Below, in pieces: positions 63,135 to 64,000 of a DNA stretch of 64,000 nt; position 1 is the first letter of the stretch, and every line of letters starts with the position of its first letter. The DNA lies in the IMG/VR virus record IMGVR_UViG_3300020444_000002, positions 22,431 to 86,430 of that record; one strand, given 5' to 3'. The position numbers and the translations under genes were made by a program. Origin of the DNA: a virus. Under the pieces are notes generated by a model. It searched no databases. It was given only the letters and a program-made list of their open reading frames with translations, and had not been told where the DNA came from.

Positions 63135-63208
63135 AACTATCCTCAGATGTTTATTTTTATCTCTAAGAACAATTATAACCTTTTTAGGTTTTGTCAAATA
63201 AATCTATA

Positions 63209-63284
63209 TGGAGGGAGTGGTGGGAATCGAACCCACAACATTTCGGTTAAGAGCCGAATGCTCTGCCAATTGAGCTACAATCCC
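63209..63284 (-). tRNA. tRNA-Lys(CTT)
   Basis: TTCGG-CT-CTT-AA-CCGAA; CCA. Confidence 0.92.
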
Positions 63285-63511
63285 ATATGGTTACACACAC
63301 CAACCGTTCTTGTTGTAATCGCACAATTCAAACAATAAATTCTTATGTATTCGCGTGATCTTATTGGTATGAACAACGGCACTTTGTCGCCACAGCAAAA
63401 ACAAATTGGTCTGCCATACTCACGAACATACATGTCTATGAACTCGTAATTTAGTAGCCCTGCCTTAACATGTCGGCGTGTTGGCTTGCTTGTTGCTTTA
63501 ACGATTGCCAT
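63275..63511 (-). CDS. Small zinc-binding hypothetical protein
   Basis: CFCC and CLNC motifs; lies between tRNAs. Confidence 0.45.
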   Translation of the reverse strand: MAIVKATSKPTRRHVKAGLLNYEFIDMYVREYGRPICFCCGDKVPLFIPIRSREYIRIYCLNCAITTRTVGVCNHMGL

Positions 63512-63525
63512 ATGTCTATTGTATA

Positions 63526-63600
63526 TGGTGGAGTCTCAGGTAGTCGAAACCTGATTCCCTCCGTGCAAAGGAGGAGTAATAACCGTTATACGAAGACCCC
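63526..63600 (-). tRNA. tRNA-Ala(TGC)
   Basis: CCTCC-TT-TGC-AC-GGAGG; G3:U70; ACCA. Confidence 0.92.
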
Positions 63601-63698
63601 AAATTGTAATGTGCGACGAGAGGTTTTAGTATTACTTTCAACTATGCAACTCCTGCTGAGTCTGACCTCGTAATCATGCTAATTACCATTATAGTATA

Positions 63699-63773
63699 TG
63701 GTGGCTCCAGAAGGATTCGAACCTTCACTGCGACGTTCGTAGCGTCGTGGTCTATCCATTAGCCTACAGAGCC
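63699..63773 (-). tRNA. tRNA-Arg(ACG)
   Basis: CGACG-CT-ACG-AA-CGTCG; ACCA. Confidence 0.93.
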
Positions 63774-63898
63774 ATACGTTAGGTTTTTACAGAACCTTCA
63801 CGTCTAATCGTAACTGGCAGCCCTAACCATCGGATCGAACAACTGCTTACACGCCCCACAGTGCAAGAAATTACCTGCGTGCTTCCCACCTATAATTT

Positions 63899-63990
63899 TG
63901 GTCACAGGCGAGAGCTTTAGGCTCCCTTGTTCAGATGCCTCCTATGTCAGACGATCTATTGTACTTCTAGATCGATAACCTGACCCTGTG
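63899..63990 (-). ncRNA. tRNA-like RNA with CCA end but non-canonical body
   Basis: CACAGG/CCTGTG-A-CCA acceptor-like stem, GGGAGC/GCTCTC T-arm analogue, CGATCTA/TAGATCG hairpin. Confidence 0.55.
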
Positions 63991-64000
63991 TCATGGTTGG

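Noticed and set aside
1-64000. Alternative genetic code or suppressor tRNA
   Set aside because: Long genes are intact under the standard code and no CTA/TTA/TCA anticodon was seen.

Overview
A 64-kb segment of a large tailed dsDNA phage genome (standard code). The host may be CPR/Saccharibacteria, which is a weak inference from widespread leaderless promoters plus CAP-domain and LemA genes. The minus-strand arm (1-47 kb) carries tail genes, a MuF-ADP-ribosyltransferase plus a second ART, portal, terminase, about 13 kb of small early ORFs, a ParB/TET-JBP/glycosyltransferase DNA-modification trio, a tRNA-repair and ribosome-rescue set (CCA enzyme, Pth2, Pnkp, RNA ligase) and a glycosyltransferase cluster. 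After a strand switch at about 47.3 kb come replication genes, tmRNA, and 19 intact tRNA genes interleaved with HNH and GIY-YIG endonucleases. Main finding: two tRNA operons are each preceded by a leaderless micro-ORF plus antiterminator/terminator, and the micro-ORF codons match the downstream tRNAs. YYEEEY precedes tRNA-Glu and tRNA-Tyr. A 25-codon peptide samples all 10 amino acids of the 14-tRNA cluster. These look like ribosome-stalling attenuators that switch on phage tRNAs when the matching host tRNAs are depleted. Also notable: an HNH cassette that splits tRNA-Leu(TAG) in the anticodon while carrying a replacement tRNA-Leu(TAG), and several unassigned structured ncRNAs. All calls come from reading motifs by eye; no searches were run.
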